Assembly (NCBI GenBank): GCA_035642535.1
Contig: DASQSE010000016.1
Location: 17,329-81,328 of the forward strand
Source: Jatrophihabitans sp.
GTDB taxonomy: Bacteria; Actinomycetota; Actinomycetes; Mycobacteriales; Jatrophihabitantaceae
Length of the DNA stretch: 64,000 nt
Direction: 5' to 3'
Part shown: positions 45,803 to 55,137 of the stretch, piece by piece
How positions within the stretch are numbered: position 1 is the first letter of the stretch
How the letters are laid out: each line of letters begins with the position of its first letter
Notes under the pieces: model-generated
Database searches by the model: none
The model's input: only the letters and a program-made list of their open reading frames with translations
What the model was told of the DNA's origin: nothing
Program-made: the position numbers and the translations under genes

Positions 45803-46771
45803 TCAGAGTGGCAGCCGGGCGGTGCCGATCTGCGCCTGGTAGCCGTCGGCCAACGCACGCGCGCCGCCGGCATAGAGGATGTGCCATCGTCCGCCGAGGC
45901 GGAACGGAACGGCGGAGGAAACGGACAGGCTGTCGAACTCGCCCGGCCGCCCCGGCACAAGGATGGGGTTGCCGGGATGTTTGCGCCAGTTGACGAGGTC
46001 GGTCGACATTGCGAGGCCGATGCCCGACGGATCGTCGATCGCGCGGTTGTCGCCTGCATACAGCATGACGAACTGCCCGTCGTCCACGAACACCTTCGGC
46101 GTCGTCACCGTGAAGGAGTCCCATTCGCCGTCCCGCCCGGTGTCGAGCAGCGGCGCGGCGCCGATCGCTTCGAACGTCACGCCGTCGCCGGAACGGGCAC
46201 CGAAGATGCGATATCCGCCCGCGATGACCAGCACGTAGAACAGGTACAGCTCGCCGCCGTGTTCGATGACGTAGGGGCAGCGGCCCGCCATGACTGGTTG
46301 CCGGTCCGCCGCCAAACCCTCGGCGGTCGCAACGGCGTGCCCGATGGTTTCGTCGGTGGGCACATCGTCGTGGGACGAGTCGGCCAGCTCTGCGAAGGCG
46401 TGTGCGCCGCCCGCCGTAGCGCTGTAGTACACGTGGGTCCGGCCACGGAAGCGGATCGCGGCCGGGTCGAAGACGCTGCCGTCGTCGAAGCCGTTCGCGC
46501 CCGGCTCCAGCAGCGGGTTCTGCGGGTCCGCGGCCCAGTCGCTCGCGAAATCGCCGCCGAGTCGGGACACGTAGCTGCCGATGCTTTCCCGGTCGCCGGC
46601 ACCGCCCTCGGCGTAGAGCGTGACCATGTCGCCGTCGACGAGGACGGAACTGGGCGCGACGAATTCCGCGCACCACGCATCCCCGGCCCGGATCACCGGA
46701 TTCCCAGGGCAGCGCTCCCATTGCCCCTGGTTGGCCGTCGGGTCCGATCCGAAGAAGTCGAGGAACGACAT
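45803..46771 (-). CDS. Cytoplasmic five-bladed beta-propeller glycosidase/phosphorylase-like protein (GH43/32/130-like clan)
   Basis: Repeated NP-V/L/I blades (GNPVIR, QNPLLEP, GNPILVP), FDDGSVFDP, WDSFTVTTP, GLAMSTDLVNW; no signal peptide. Confidence 0.7.
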   Translation of the reverse strand: MSFLDFFGSDPTANQGQWERCPGNPVIRAGDAWCAEFVAPSSVLVDGDMVTLYAEGGAGDRESIGSYVSRLGGDFASDWAADPQNPLLEPGANGFDDGSVFDPAAIRFRGRTHVYYSATAGGAHAFAELADSSHDDVPTDETIGHAVATAEGLAADRQPVMAGRCPYVIEHGGELYLFYVLVIAGGYRIFGARSGDGVTFEAIGAAPLLDTGRDGEWDSFTVTTPKVFVDDGQFVMLYAGDNRAIDDPSGIGLAMSTDLVNWRKHPGNPILVPGRPGEFDSLSVSSAVPFRLGGRWHILYAGGARALADGYQAQIGTARLPL

Positions 46772-46775
46772 CGGC

Positions 46776-47714
46776 CTACTTGCCCATTCCGCCGAGCAGG
46801 CCGCGCATGAGGTGCCGCTGGCCGATCAGGTAGACGAGGACCACGGGCACGGTCGCAATCGTCATACCGGCCATGAGTTCCGGCACGTCCAGCGAGTACA
46901 ACCCGCTGAACACGGTGACGCCGACCATGAGCGTCCGCTGCTGCTCGTTCTGCAGGAACACCAGGGCCAAGATCAGCTCGTTCCAGGCGAACACGAAGTT
47001 GATGATGACGGCGGTGAAGATCACCGGGCGCGATGCGGGCAACACGATGCGCAGCAGCGTCCGAAGGGAACCGAGGCCGTCGATCGCCGCCGCGTCGAGC
47101 AGGTCGTTCGGGAACGTGCGGAAGAAGTTGCGGAACAGGTACAGGCTCATCGGCAGCATGATCCCGATATACAGGATGATCACCGACCATCTGCTGTTGA
47201 TCAGGTCGAGCCGCGTCATGAACTTGAACTGCGGCACCAGCAGCACGATGGACGGGATCGCCATCGTCGGCAGCATGATGCGGAAGATCGCCTCGCTACC
47301 CGGAAAGGTCATCTTGGCGAACGCGTACGCCGCGAGCGCGGCACACGCTGTTGCCACGGCCACGGAGACGACGCTGATGATCGCGCTGTTCACGAAGAAG
47401 CGGCCGAGGTTCGCGCTGTTGATCGCGTCGCTGTACTTCGAGAGCGTTGGATGGTTCGGCACGTTGAGGGCGCTTTGTGCGAACGCCGAGCGGGTCTTCA
47501 GCGAGTTCGCGATCATGAAGTAGAGCGGGAACAGCACGGTCAGTGCCATCAGCACGAACGGGATCTGCAGCGCGATCTGGCTCAGCGTGCGCCGGGTGCG
47601 CCACCGTCGGCGAATGGTCTGCTGCGGACGGCCTGCACGCGACGTGTCCGGGTGGCCGGCGAGGTGCTCGCCGCCGGCCGGTGCACCGACATCCGCCGGC
47701 GAGTGCGCGCTCAT
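46776..47714 (-). CDS. Carbohydrate ABC transporter permease (CUT1)
   Basis: EAA-like loop DLLDAAAIDG; FVFAWNE. Confidence 0.92.
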   Translation of the reverse strand: MSAHSPADVGAPAGGEHLAGHPDTSRAGRPQQTIRRRWRTRRTLSQIALQIPFVLMALTVLFPLYFMIANSLKTRSAFAQSALNVPNHPTLSKYSDAINSANLGRFFVNSAIISVVSVAVATACAALAAYAFAKMTFPGSEAIFRIMLPTMAIPSIVLLVPQFKFMTRLDLINSRWSVIILYIGIMLPMSLYLFRNFFRTFPNDLLDAAAIDGLGSLRTLLRIVLPASRPVIFTAVIINFVFAWNELILALVFLQNEQQRTLMVGVTVFSGLYSLDVPELMAGMTIATVPVVLVYLIGQRHLMRGLLGGMGK

Positions 47715-47753
47715 GTCGGACCCGGCCGGCGCGGGAAGCGACGGATCGGCAGC

Positions 47754-48623
47754 TCAGACCTCAATGCGATCCACCGCCTTGCGAGTCACGGCCTGCACGA
47801 ACAGCACGGCGGTCGCGACGAGCAGCAGGATGACGCTGGCCGCCGACGCGAGATTGCTCAACCCGTTGCGGAACGCGTTCTGGTAGATGTACAGCTCGGT
47901 CACGTAGCTCTTCTGCTGTGGGCCACCGCCCGTCATCACGTAGACGTAGCTGAACACCCAGCTCAGCATGTTGATCAGGCTTATCGTGACGAAGAACTCG
48001 ATCACCCGGGCAAGCTGAGGCATCGTGATGTGCCAGAACCGCTGGAACCAGTTGGCGCCGTCCGTGAGCGCGGCCTCGTAGAGCTGTTCGTCCACGCTGG
48101 CCAGCCGGGCCAGGAACAGCACGATCGCAAGGCCGGTCTGCTGCCAGGCGATGATGACCGCGATCGACCACAGCGCGAGATCGGGGTTGCCCAACCAGTC
48201 GTGCACCAGGAAGTGGAGATGCAGCGTGTCGAGCATCTGGTTGAGGACGCCGTTGCGTTCGAGGATGTAGGAGAACACGACGCCGACGATCGGCACCGCA
48301 AGGATGTAGGGCAGGAAGGCCAGCGAGCGATAGATCCGCCATCCCTTGATGCGCTCGAAGAGCAGGACCGCCACGACCAGCCCGACGACCGTCATCGCGG
48401 GGATTACCAGGAACAGCTTGAGGTTGTCGCGCAGCGACTGCCAGAACAGCGGATCGTGGAATATGCCGTGGTAGTTCTCCCTGCCCCAGTGCATCACGCC
48501 GAGCAGGCCAGGCACCCGAAAGCTCTCGAGCACCACGGCCACGACGGCGTACCCGAAGACCACGCCGAGGAACGCCAGCGTCGGCAGCAGGTACGCGTAC
48601 GGGGTCCAGCGGCGTGTTCGCAC
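47754..48623 (-). CDS. Carbohydrate ABC transporter permease (CUT1)
   Basis: LYEAALTDGANWFQRFWHITMP. Confidence 0.92.
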   Translation of the reverse strand: MRTRRWTPYAYLLPTLAFLGVVFGYAVVAVVLESFRVPGLLGVMHWGRENYHGIFHDPLFWQSLRDNLKLFLVIPAMTVVGLVVAVLLFERIKGWRIYRSLAFLPYILAVPIVGVVFSYILERNGVLNQMLDTLHLHFLVHDWLGNPDLALWSIAVIIAWQQTGLAIVLFLARLASVDEQLYEAALTDGANWFQRFWHITMPQLARVIEFFVTISLINMLSWVFSYVYVMTGGGPQQKSYVTELYIYQNAFRNGLSNLASAASVILLLVATAVLFVQAVTRKAVDRIEV

Positions 48624-48665
48624 AGCCCACCTACCCTCCGCTATGGCCGGCGGTGCAGCGCGTCA

Positions 48666-50051
48666 TCAGTGCTCGAGAGGTTTCCACGTCTTGTAGGCGT
48701 CCAACTGCGCCGGCGACTGGTCTCCCCACTTGCTGATCGCGCCTTGCATCGTGGAGATCGCGGAGTCCACGGTGGCGCCGGACTGCCACAGCTGCTGCAG
48801 ACCGGGGTCGACGCCGTTCGTCTCGAACGGCAGCGGGTAGTAGTACTGGTACCAGAAGTTCGGCAGCGTCTTCTGCCAGTTCCACATCGTCTTGTCGGTC
48901 TCCGTGTCGAGCCAGGACGCCTCGAACTTGGTGTCCGGGCAGATCGCCCCGGACTCCCGGTACATCAGCTGCATCATCTCGGGCGTGTGCAGGAACTTCA
49001 GGAACGCCGCCGCCTCCTCCTTGTGCTCGGAGAACTTGGTCAGCAACAGCACCTGCGCGGGCGCGCCGAACGAGTTGGCGAACCTGCCCGTGCCGAACGC
49101 CGGCGACCGCATGACCCCGACCGTGTCCGCGCCACCCATGGTCCGGTAGAAGCTGGTGATCTGCGGCTGGACCGACGTGACGATCGCTGCCTTGCGCGCG
49201 GTGAAGAGGTCCTGGCCCTGGTAGAGGTTGATCGACTGGATGTCGTCGTTGAAGAAGCCGGCAGTGACCAGGTCCTGTACGCGCTCGATCCACTCGGTGT
49301 ACATCGGGCCCTCGTACTTGACCGACCCGCGGAACGGCGCGATGGAGTCGTCGACGCTGTTGAAGTTCTGCTGGCCGAAGTAACTGGCGAGCCACCCACC
49401 GAGGTACTGGTCCTTGAAGCCGGCTCCGATCGGCGTGACCCCGGCCTTCTTCAGCTTCGACAGCGCGGTGAGGTACGCGTCCCAGGTGACCGGCGGTTCC
49501 TCAGCATTGAGCCCCGCGTCGGCGAACATCTTCTTGTTGTAGGGGAATGCGGTGCCGATCTGGTAGAAGGGCATGCCCCACTGCTTGCCGCCCCAGTTCG
49601 TCTCGGCGAGCGTGGCCTGCGGAATGTTGTCCTTCAGCCACGCGGAGTCGACGTAATCGCTCAACGGCGAGCAGTAGCCGAGCCACACGTCACCGAGGGC
49701 CTGGGTGCCGCCCCACAGGTACTGGATGTCCGGCCCTTTGCCGGCCTGAGCGGCCGCCGCGAACGCGCTGTACAGCGAATCGCTGGACTGCAGCACTGCG
49801 GTGACCTTCACCTTGGACTGCGAGCTGTTGTACTTGGCCACCGCCTGCTGCATGAACTTCTTCATGCCGGGCGCTTCCTGCTCGCCCCAGTACCAGACCA
49901 ACAGTTCGACCTGGCCGTTCTGGGACCCCCCGCCGCTACTCGAGCAGGAGGCGAGCAGCGGCGCAGCGACAGCGGCCACCCCCGCCAAACCGGACATCTG
50001 CAGGAAGCCCCGCCGAGACAGCTCTTTGTACTCGCCAGCAACCGTGCGCAT
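48666..50051 (-). CDS. Sugar ABC substrate-binding lipoprotein, Tat-exported
   Basis: SRRGFL Tat motif, LLASC lipobox, GKGPDI, YNKKMFADAG, PPVTWD. Confidence 0.9.
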   Translation of the reverse strand: MRTVAGEYKELSRRGFLQMSGLAGVAAVAAPLLASCSSSGGGSQNGQVELLVWYWGEQEAPGMKKFMQQAVAKYNSSQSKVKVTAVLQSSDSLYSAFAAAAQAGKGPDIQYLWGGTQALGDVWLGYCSPLSDYVDSAWLKDNIPQATLAETNWGGKQWGMPFYQIGTAFPYNKKMFADAGLNAEEPPVTWDAYLTALSKLKKAGVTPIGAGFKDQYLGGWLASYFGQQNFNSVDDSIAPFRGSVKYEGPMYTEWIERVQDLVTAGFFNDDIQSINLYQGQDLFTARKAAIVTSVQPQITSFYRTMGGADTVGVMRSPAFGTGRFANSFGAPAQVLLLTKFSEHKEEAAAFLKFLHTPEMMQLMYRESGAICPDTKFEASWLDTETDKTMWNWQKTLPNFWYQYYYPLPFETNGVDPGLQQLWQSGATVDSAISTMQGAISKWGDQSPAQLDAYKTWKPLEH

Positions 50052-50126
50052 AGCAACCTCCGGCCCGCGCGCCGCACCCTCGTGTAGGCATCAGGCGCAC
50101 TGGAATCGGCCTGTCGATATTTGCTC

Positions 50127-50171
50127 ACGCTAGGACTACTCCGAGCACTAGTCAACATGCCATGAGCACTA
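50127..50171 (-). promoter_or_regulatory. Housekeeping-sigma promoter of the sugar ABC operon with operator-like direct repeats
   Basis: Minus strand TTGACT (50155-50150)-N17-TAGCGT (50132-50127); GAGCACTA at 50143-50150 and 50164-50171 (21-bp period). Confidence 0.65.
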
Positions 50172-50228
50172 ATGCGCAGTCGCCGCGCGTGCCACTACCC
50201 GGCCGGGTGGCCCCAGGAGCCAGGCGAG

Positions 50229-51020
50229 TCAGACCGCTTCGACCGTGATGCCGAGAGCGCGCAGTTCGGCGAGCGCGGTTGGGTCCGCCCCGGTGTCAGT
50301 GATCAGCACGTGCACGCTCGAGATGTCGCAGATCTTGCAGAATGCGTGCCGTTCCAACTTCGACGCGTCCGCGACCACGACCACCTGGCGGGCATGCTCG
50401 ACCATCAGCCGGTTCACCTCGGCCTCGCCCTCGTGGTTTGCCGCGGCGCCCTGCGCCCGACTCAACGAGTCCACGCCGAGGAACATCACGTCCATCTGGA
50501 GGTCGGCCAGCCCGCGCGTGGCGAGCGGCCCGATGAGCTCGTAGGAGCGGCTGCGAGCCACCCCACCGGGCACCACGGTCTTGATCTGCGGACGCACGAC
50601 CAGCGCGTTCGCGATGTTGATCGCGTTGGTCACGACGACGAACGTGAAGTCGTCGCGCCCCCGTTCTGCCACCAAATCCGCGCGCATCGCGAGCTCATGG
50701 GCTACTGCGGTAGTCGTCGTCCCGCCGTTGAAGCCGACGACTGCGCCCGCCGAGACCATCGACGCCGCCTGCACCGCGATGCGCTGCTTCTCGTCGTGCT
50801 GCCGGGCGCTGCGATACCGCAACGGCAACTCGTAGGCGACCGACTGCAGGACGGCCCCACCGCGAGTGCGAGAGAGCAACCGCTGCTCCGCGAGTTCGTC
50901 CAGGTCGCGGCGCACCGTCGCCGGCGACACGTCGAAACTCTCGGCCAGCTGCTCGACGGACAGCGACCCGTTCGCGGCAAGCATGTCCAGCACTCCGCTC
51001 AACCGCTCATGTCGAAGCAT
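50229..51020 (-). CDS. agaR: DeoR/GlpR family repressor, AgaR-like
   Basis: LAESFDVSPATVRRDL HTH, EKQRIA, GGTTT, VTNAINIA, VADASKL. Confidence 0.85.
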   Translation of the reverse strand: MLRHERLSGVLDMLAANGSLSVEQLAESFDVSPATVRRDLDELAEQRLLSRTRGGAVLQSVAYELPLRYRSARQHDEKQRIAVQAASMVSAGAVVGFNGGTTTTAVAHELAMRADLVAERGRDDFTFVVVTNAINIANALVVRPQIKTVVPGGVARSRSYELIGPLATRGLADLQMDVMFLGVDSLSRAQGAAANHEGEAEVNRLMVEHARQVVVVADASKLERHAFCKICDISSVHVLITDTGADPTALAELRALGITVEAV

Positions 51021-51248
51021 CGACAGCTCCCGTTCTCGCGCAGCCGGGCAAGCCATCGGGAGCGTCCCGTGCAGGCCGCCGATCCTCGGCAATTGCCGTG
51101 AGCATAGGCGCGATGGCAGTCGCGCCCGCGCAGCCGGCACGCCCCGTAGGCAAGAGCCCTCCGATGGGTTGACGAAGCTGATGCCAAGCGATCAAATTAT
51201 TGCGTATAGCAGCAGTTTCAATCAACTTCGCTCAGAGGAGGCGCGGCC

Positions 51249-52139
51249 ATGTCTGCGCCACACGTCGCCGCCGAGATAGCCAGCCAGCCGAGGTGCTGGC
51301 TCCAGGCACACGAGGCAGCCAAGGCATCGGCCGAGCATCTGCCGTTGGCCGGAGAACGCGTCGCTGTCGTCGGATGCGGAACATCGCTGTACATGGCGAT
51401 GACGTATGCCGCGCTGCGGGAGGAATCCGGTGCCGGGCTGTGTGATGCCTTCCCGGCATCAGAATTCCCGCTGGGCCGCGAGTACGACCACGTCATCGCG
51501 ATCACCCGCTCCGGAACGACCACCGAGGTGCTCGAACTGCTCGAGCAGCTCGAGCGGCGGACCCCGACGCTGGCCATCACCGGCGACGGGGCTGCGCCGG
51601 TATCCGACTATGCCGACCAGGTCATCCTGCTGGACTTCGCCGACGAGCAGTCCGTCGTCCAGACCCGGTTCGCCACGTCGACCTTGGCGTTGCTGCGGTC
51701 CGCGCTCGGCCATGACGTGGCGCAACTTGCCCACGACGCGGAGCGTGCCCTCTCGCGTGAACTCGAGCCGGCACTCGTCGACGCCGCGCAGATCACCTTC
51801 CTCGGCCGTGGCTGGACGCTGGGACTCGCGCATGAGGCAGCCCTCAAGCTGCGCGAAGCGGCCGGTGCGTGGACCGAGTCCTATCCGGCCATGGAGTACC
51901 GCCACGGCCCGATCTCGATCGCGCAACCGGGTCGGGTCACGTGGATGTTCGGGCAGCTGCCATCCGGTCTCGCCGACGATGTCCGCGCCACCGGCGCGTG
52001 GCTCGAATCCGGTGCAGGATTGGACCCGATGGCCGAGTTGATCGTGGCGCAGCGTGTCGCTCTCGCACAGGCGCTTGCCCGCGGCCTCGACCCGGACCGG
52101 CCGCGCAACCTCAGCCGCGCCGTGGTCCTCGACCGGTGA
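51249..52139 (+). CDS. agaS: SIS-domain sugar-phosphate isomerase/deaminase, AgaS-like
   Basis: GCGTS, ITRSGTTTE, EAALKLRE, EYRHGP, LDPDRPRNL; RBS GAGGAGG. Confidence 0.75.
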   Translation: MSAPHVAAEIASQPRCWLQAHEAAKASAEHLPLAGERVAVVGCGTSLYMAMTYAALREESGAGLCDAFPASEFPLGREYDHVIAITRSGTTTEVLELLEQLERRTPTLAITGDGAAPVSDYADQVILLDFADEQSVVQTRFATSTLALLRSALGHDVAQLAHDAERALSRELEPALVDAAQITFLGRGWTLGLAHEAALKLREAAGAWTESYPAMEYRHGPISIAQPGRVTWMFGQLPSGLADDVRATGAWLESGAGLDPMAELIVAQRVALAQALARGLDPDRPRNLSRAVVLDR

Positions 52140-52162
52140 CGTCGTCGAAGGGAACGGCGAAC

Positions 52163-53464
52163 ATGAGCTCTGCAGGGCTGCTCGACATCCTGCGCCGCCA
52201 CAAGGCAGGCGAGGCGGTCGGCGTCACGTCGGTGTGCTCGGCGCACCCGCTCGTCATCCAGGCAGCATTGGAGCAGGCGCTCGCGGACGACACGATCGCA
52301 CTCGTCGAGGCGACCAGCAACCAGGTCGACCAATACGGTGGCTACACCGGGATGACGCCGGCGCAGTTCCGAGACCTGGTGCTGTCGATCACGCAGCGCG
52401 TGGGCCTGCCCGAGCAGCGCGTCGTGCTCGGCGGTGATCATCTCGGGCCGAATCCATGGCGGCACCTCCCTGCCGAAACCGCCATGACGGAGGCGGCTGC
52501 GCTCGTCAGCGCGTATGTGGAAGCCGGCTTCACCAAGATCCATCTGGACTGCAGCATGACGTGCGCGGACGACGTAACCCCACTTGGCGACGGCCGCGTC
52601 GCCGACCGCGCCGCGCGGCTCGCAGTCGTCGCCGAACGGGCCGCCGAAAGTCGATTCGGTGCCAGCGAGCTGCTCTACGTCGTCGGCACGGAGGTTCCGG
52701 TTCCCGGCGGCGCGCGCGAGGCGATCGACCACCTGAAACCGACGTCCGCGCAGGCAGCCCGCGCCACCCTCGCGGCTCATCAACAGGAGTTCCGCGCCGG
52801 CGGCGTGGCGGCGGCGTGGGATCGAGCCGTCGCCCTGGTCGTCCAGCCCGGCGTCGAGTTCGACGCGTGGCAGGTCTTCGAATACAGCGGCGCCGGCACC
52901 ACTGACCTGCGCCGGATTCCGGACGAATGGCCACTGCTCGTCTTCGAGGCACATTCGACCGACTACCAGCAACCAGCGCGGCTCGCCGAGCTGGTGCGCG
53001 ATCACTGGGCGGTGCTGAAGGTCGGTCCGGGTCTGACGTTCGCCCTTCGGGAGGCGTTGTTCGCACTGGCCGCGATCGAGAACGAACTGGTGCCGGCCAG
53101 TGCTCGTTCGCAACTGCCGGAAACCCTTGAACGAGTGATGCTCGCCGAGCCGAAATGGTGGAAGACCCACTACGAAGGCGATGCCGAGGAGCTCCGCATC
53201 GCGCGGCGCTACAGCTACAGCGACCGCCTGCGGTACTACTGGGCCGAGCCCGCGGTGGTGGATGCGCAACAGACGCTCATCGCGAATCTGCGCAGCCGCC
53301 CCGTTCCACTCCCGCTCATCAGCGCCGTCCTGCCCGATCAGTACGCACGCATTCGCGCCGGCCGGCTCGACGCCGACCCCGTCGCGATCGCGGTCGATCA
53401 CGTTCGCGACGTACTACGCGGCTACAGCTTCGCCTGCTTGCCCGACGCGACCGTCGAGGGCTAG
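52163..53464 (+). CDS. gatZ: GatZ/KbaZ (AgaZ) family protein, putative tagatose-6-phosphate 4-epimerase
   Basis: SVCSAHP, EATSNQVDQYGGYTGM, LGGDHLGPN, KIHLDCS, VGTEVPVPGG, VVQPGVEF, FEAHSTDYQ, LKVGPGLTFA, YSDRLRYYW. Confidence 0.9.
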   Translation: MSSAGLLDILRRHKAGEAVGVTSVCSAHPLVIQAALEQALADDTIALVEATSNQVDQYGGYTGMTPAQFRDLVLSITQRVGLPEQRVVLGGDHLGPNPWRHLPAETAMTEAAALVSAYVEAGFTKIHLDCSMTCADDVTPLGDGRVADRAARLAVVAERAAESRFGASELLYVVGTEVPVPGGAREAIDHLKPTSAQAARATLAAHQQEFRAGGVAAAWDRAVALVVQPGVEFDAWQVFEYSGAGTTDLRRIPDEWPLLVFEAHSTDYQQPARLAELVRDHWAVLKVGPGLTFALREALFALAAIENELVPASARSQLPETLERVMLAEPKWWKTHYEGDAEELRIARRYSYSDRLRYYWAEPAVVDAQQTLIANLRSRPVPLPLISAVLPDQYARIRAGRLDADPVAIAVDHVRDVLRGYSFACLPDATVEG

Positions 53465-54546
53465 CGGGCGCTTATCCGTTCGCCGAGTATCGCCGGCGCA
53501 GGGCGGGCCGTCGGCGCCTTGGCGTCCGCCGTGCTCCGTTGAATGCCGAACATCGGCAAGCCCTCCCGCTTGCGCAGCAAGCCCCACGCCAGCGGCACCG
53601 CGATGAGCATCGCCAGTCCGACGCCGGCGATCAGCATGGGGTGCGTCTGGTCCGCACCGGCACCGAGCGGCGCAAAGCCGGACTTGTCGAGCAGGGCCAG
53701 CCCCGACATGGTCAGCACGACGACCAGCGCCCGCCTGATCATCGAGACAGGTAGCCGCGGCGCGATCCGCGCACCCAGCATGCAGCCCGGCACGGATCCG
53801 ATGATGAGCGGGATCGTGATGCTCAGATCGAGTCCGTAGGTGAAGATGTTCGAGACGGCAGCGGCGCACACGAGCGGCACCGCCTGGACCAGGTCGGTGC
53901 CGACCAGCTTCGTCGCGGACAGCGTCGGATACAACGTCACCAGCGCGATCATGATCACGGATCCGGAACCGACCGAGGTGATGCCGACCAGCAGACCACC
54001 GACGGCGCCGATCAGCATCGTTGGCACGGGCCTGATCACCGGCTCGCTCTCGGCGTGATTGCCACGCCGAACTCGGCGCAGCTGGACATACAGACGCAGC
54101 GCGAACATGACGGTGGCGAACAGCAGCGCGAAGCCGATCGCCATCTGCAGCACCTTGTCGATGTCCGCCCCCGGCGCGAGCCAACGGACGACGTGCGGAC
54201 CGAGGAACGCCATCGGCACCGAACCGGCGATCAACCAGCCCGCGAGCCGGAGGTTCGGCGAACCCTGCCGCCAATGCACCAGCGCGCCGCCAGACTTGTA
54301 CACGGCGGATGCGGTCAGGTCGGCGGTGACCACCGTCGACGCCCCGCCGACACCGAGAAACAGCAGCGCCGGGGTCATCAGCGCACCGCCACCCATGCCG
54401 GTGATCCCGACGACGATCCCTACCAAGAGGGCGGCGACAGCCGTCTTCACCGTGTCCGCGTGCACGGGCAGCCCACCATCGGCGAGCAACTGAGCCAGGG
54501 GGTGCAAGCTGCGCTCCTCACTACGTCGGTTGCTGGGTGCCGACAC
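53461..54546 (-). CDS. Sulfite exporter TauE/SafE family protein
   Basis: GITGMGGGALMTP, VGITSVGSGS, LVGTDLVQAVP. Confidence 0.88.
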   Translation of the reverse strand: MSAPSNRRSEERSLHPLAQLLADGGLPVHADTVKTAVAALLVGIVVGITGMGGGALMTPALLFLGVGGASTVVTADLTASAVYKSGGALVHWRQGSPNLRLAGWLIAGSVPMAFLGPHVVRWLAPGADIDKVLQMAIGFALLFATVMFALRLYVQLRRVRRGNHAESEPVIRPVPTMLIGAVGGLLVGITSVGSGSVIMIALVTLYPTLSATKLVGTDLVQAVPLVCAAAVSNIFTYGLDLSITIPLIIGSVPGCMLGARIAPRLPVSMIRRALVVVLTMSGLALLDKSGFAPLGAGADQTHPMLIAGVGLAMLIAVPLAWGLLRKREGLPMFGIQRSTADAKAPTARPAPAILGERISAR

Positions 54547-54765
54547 CGACTGCCGAGCCGATTCCGAGTAAGCCTACTGTTCCGATGGGGATAATAGCAA
54601 GCCTAGGCTAAGCCGGATTAGCAGGACATGTCGCCCCGGATCGGCTGCGGGCGGCGAGGTCTCGCGAGGTCCGAAGGGAGCCGGTGCGGGTTACCATGAG
54701 GCGCCGCGGAATCCAGGGGGCACTGACGTAAAGGATCGCTATTGGCTTCTCCCGCCCAAGTCGTT

Positions 54766-55056
54766 ATGGACGGTGACCGTCTGCGGTTGGTCCTGTCCGG
54801 AGCCATCGACGTAAGCGTCGCCGCGGAGATCGCCGCGCTCGCCGACCCGGCCGTGGCCAGCCACACCGGCGAGGTTGTGGTCGACCTGTCCGCGGTCACC
54901 TTCATCGACTCCTCCGGTGTGGGCGCACTGGTCGCGCTGAACAACGCACTCGCTGATCGCGGGTTGGGCACGCTGCGCGTGACGCCCGGGCCGCCGAACG
55001 TCATGCGTGTGCTGCACCTCGTCGGGTTGGACGAGGTGTTCCAGCTGAGCGAGTGA
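54766..55056 (+). CDS. STAS anti-anti-sigma factor (RsbV-like)
   Basis: LSGAIDV, VDLSAVTFIDSSG (phospho-Ser motif); alternative TTG start at 54742. Confidence 0.88.
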   Translation: MDGDRLRLVLSGAIDVSVAAEIAALADPAVASHTGEVVVDLSAVTFIDSSGVGALVALNNALADRGLGTLRVTPGPPNVMRVLHLVGLDEVFQLSE

Positions 55057-55137
55057 GATCCAACCGGTCTCCCGCTCATCGGCCGACCAAGCCACGGCAT
55101 CGGACAGCGCACCCATCCCAACCCTGAGGACAAAGAC

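Noticed and set aside
54596-54620. AGCCTAGGCT palindrome as an IdeR/DtxR box
   Set aside because: Only the core matches (about 11 of 19 positions by my count) and the flanking arms do not.
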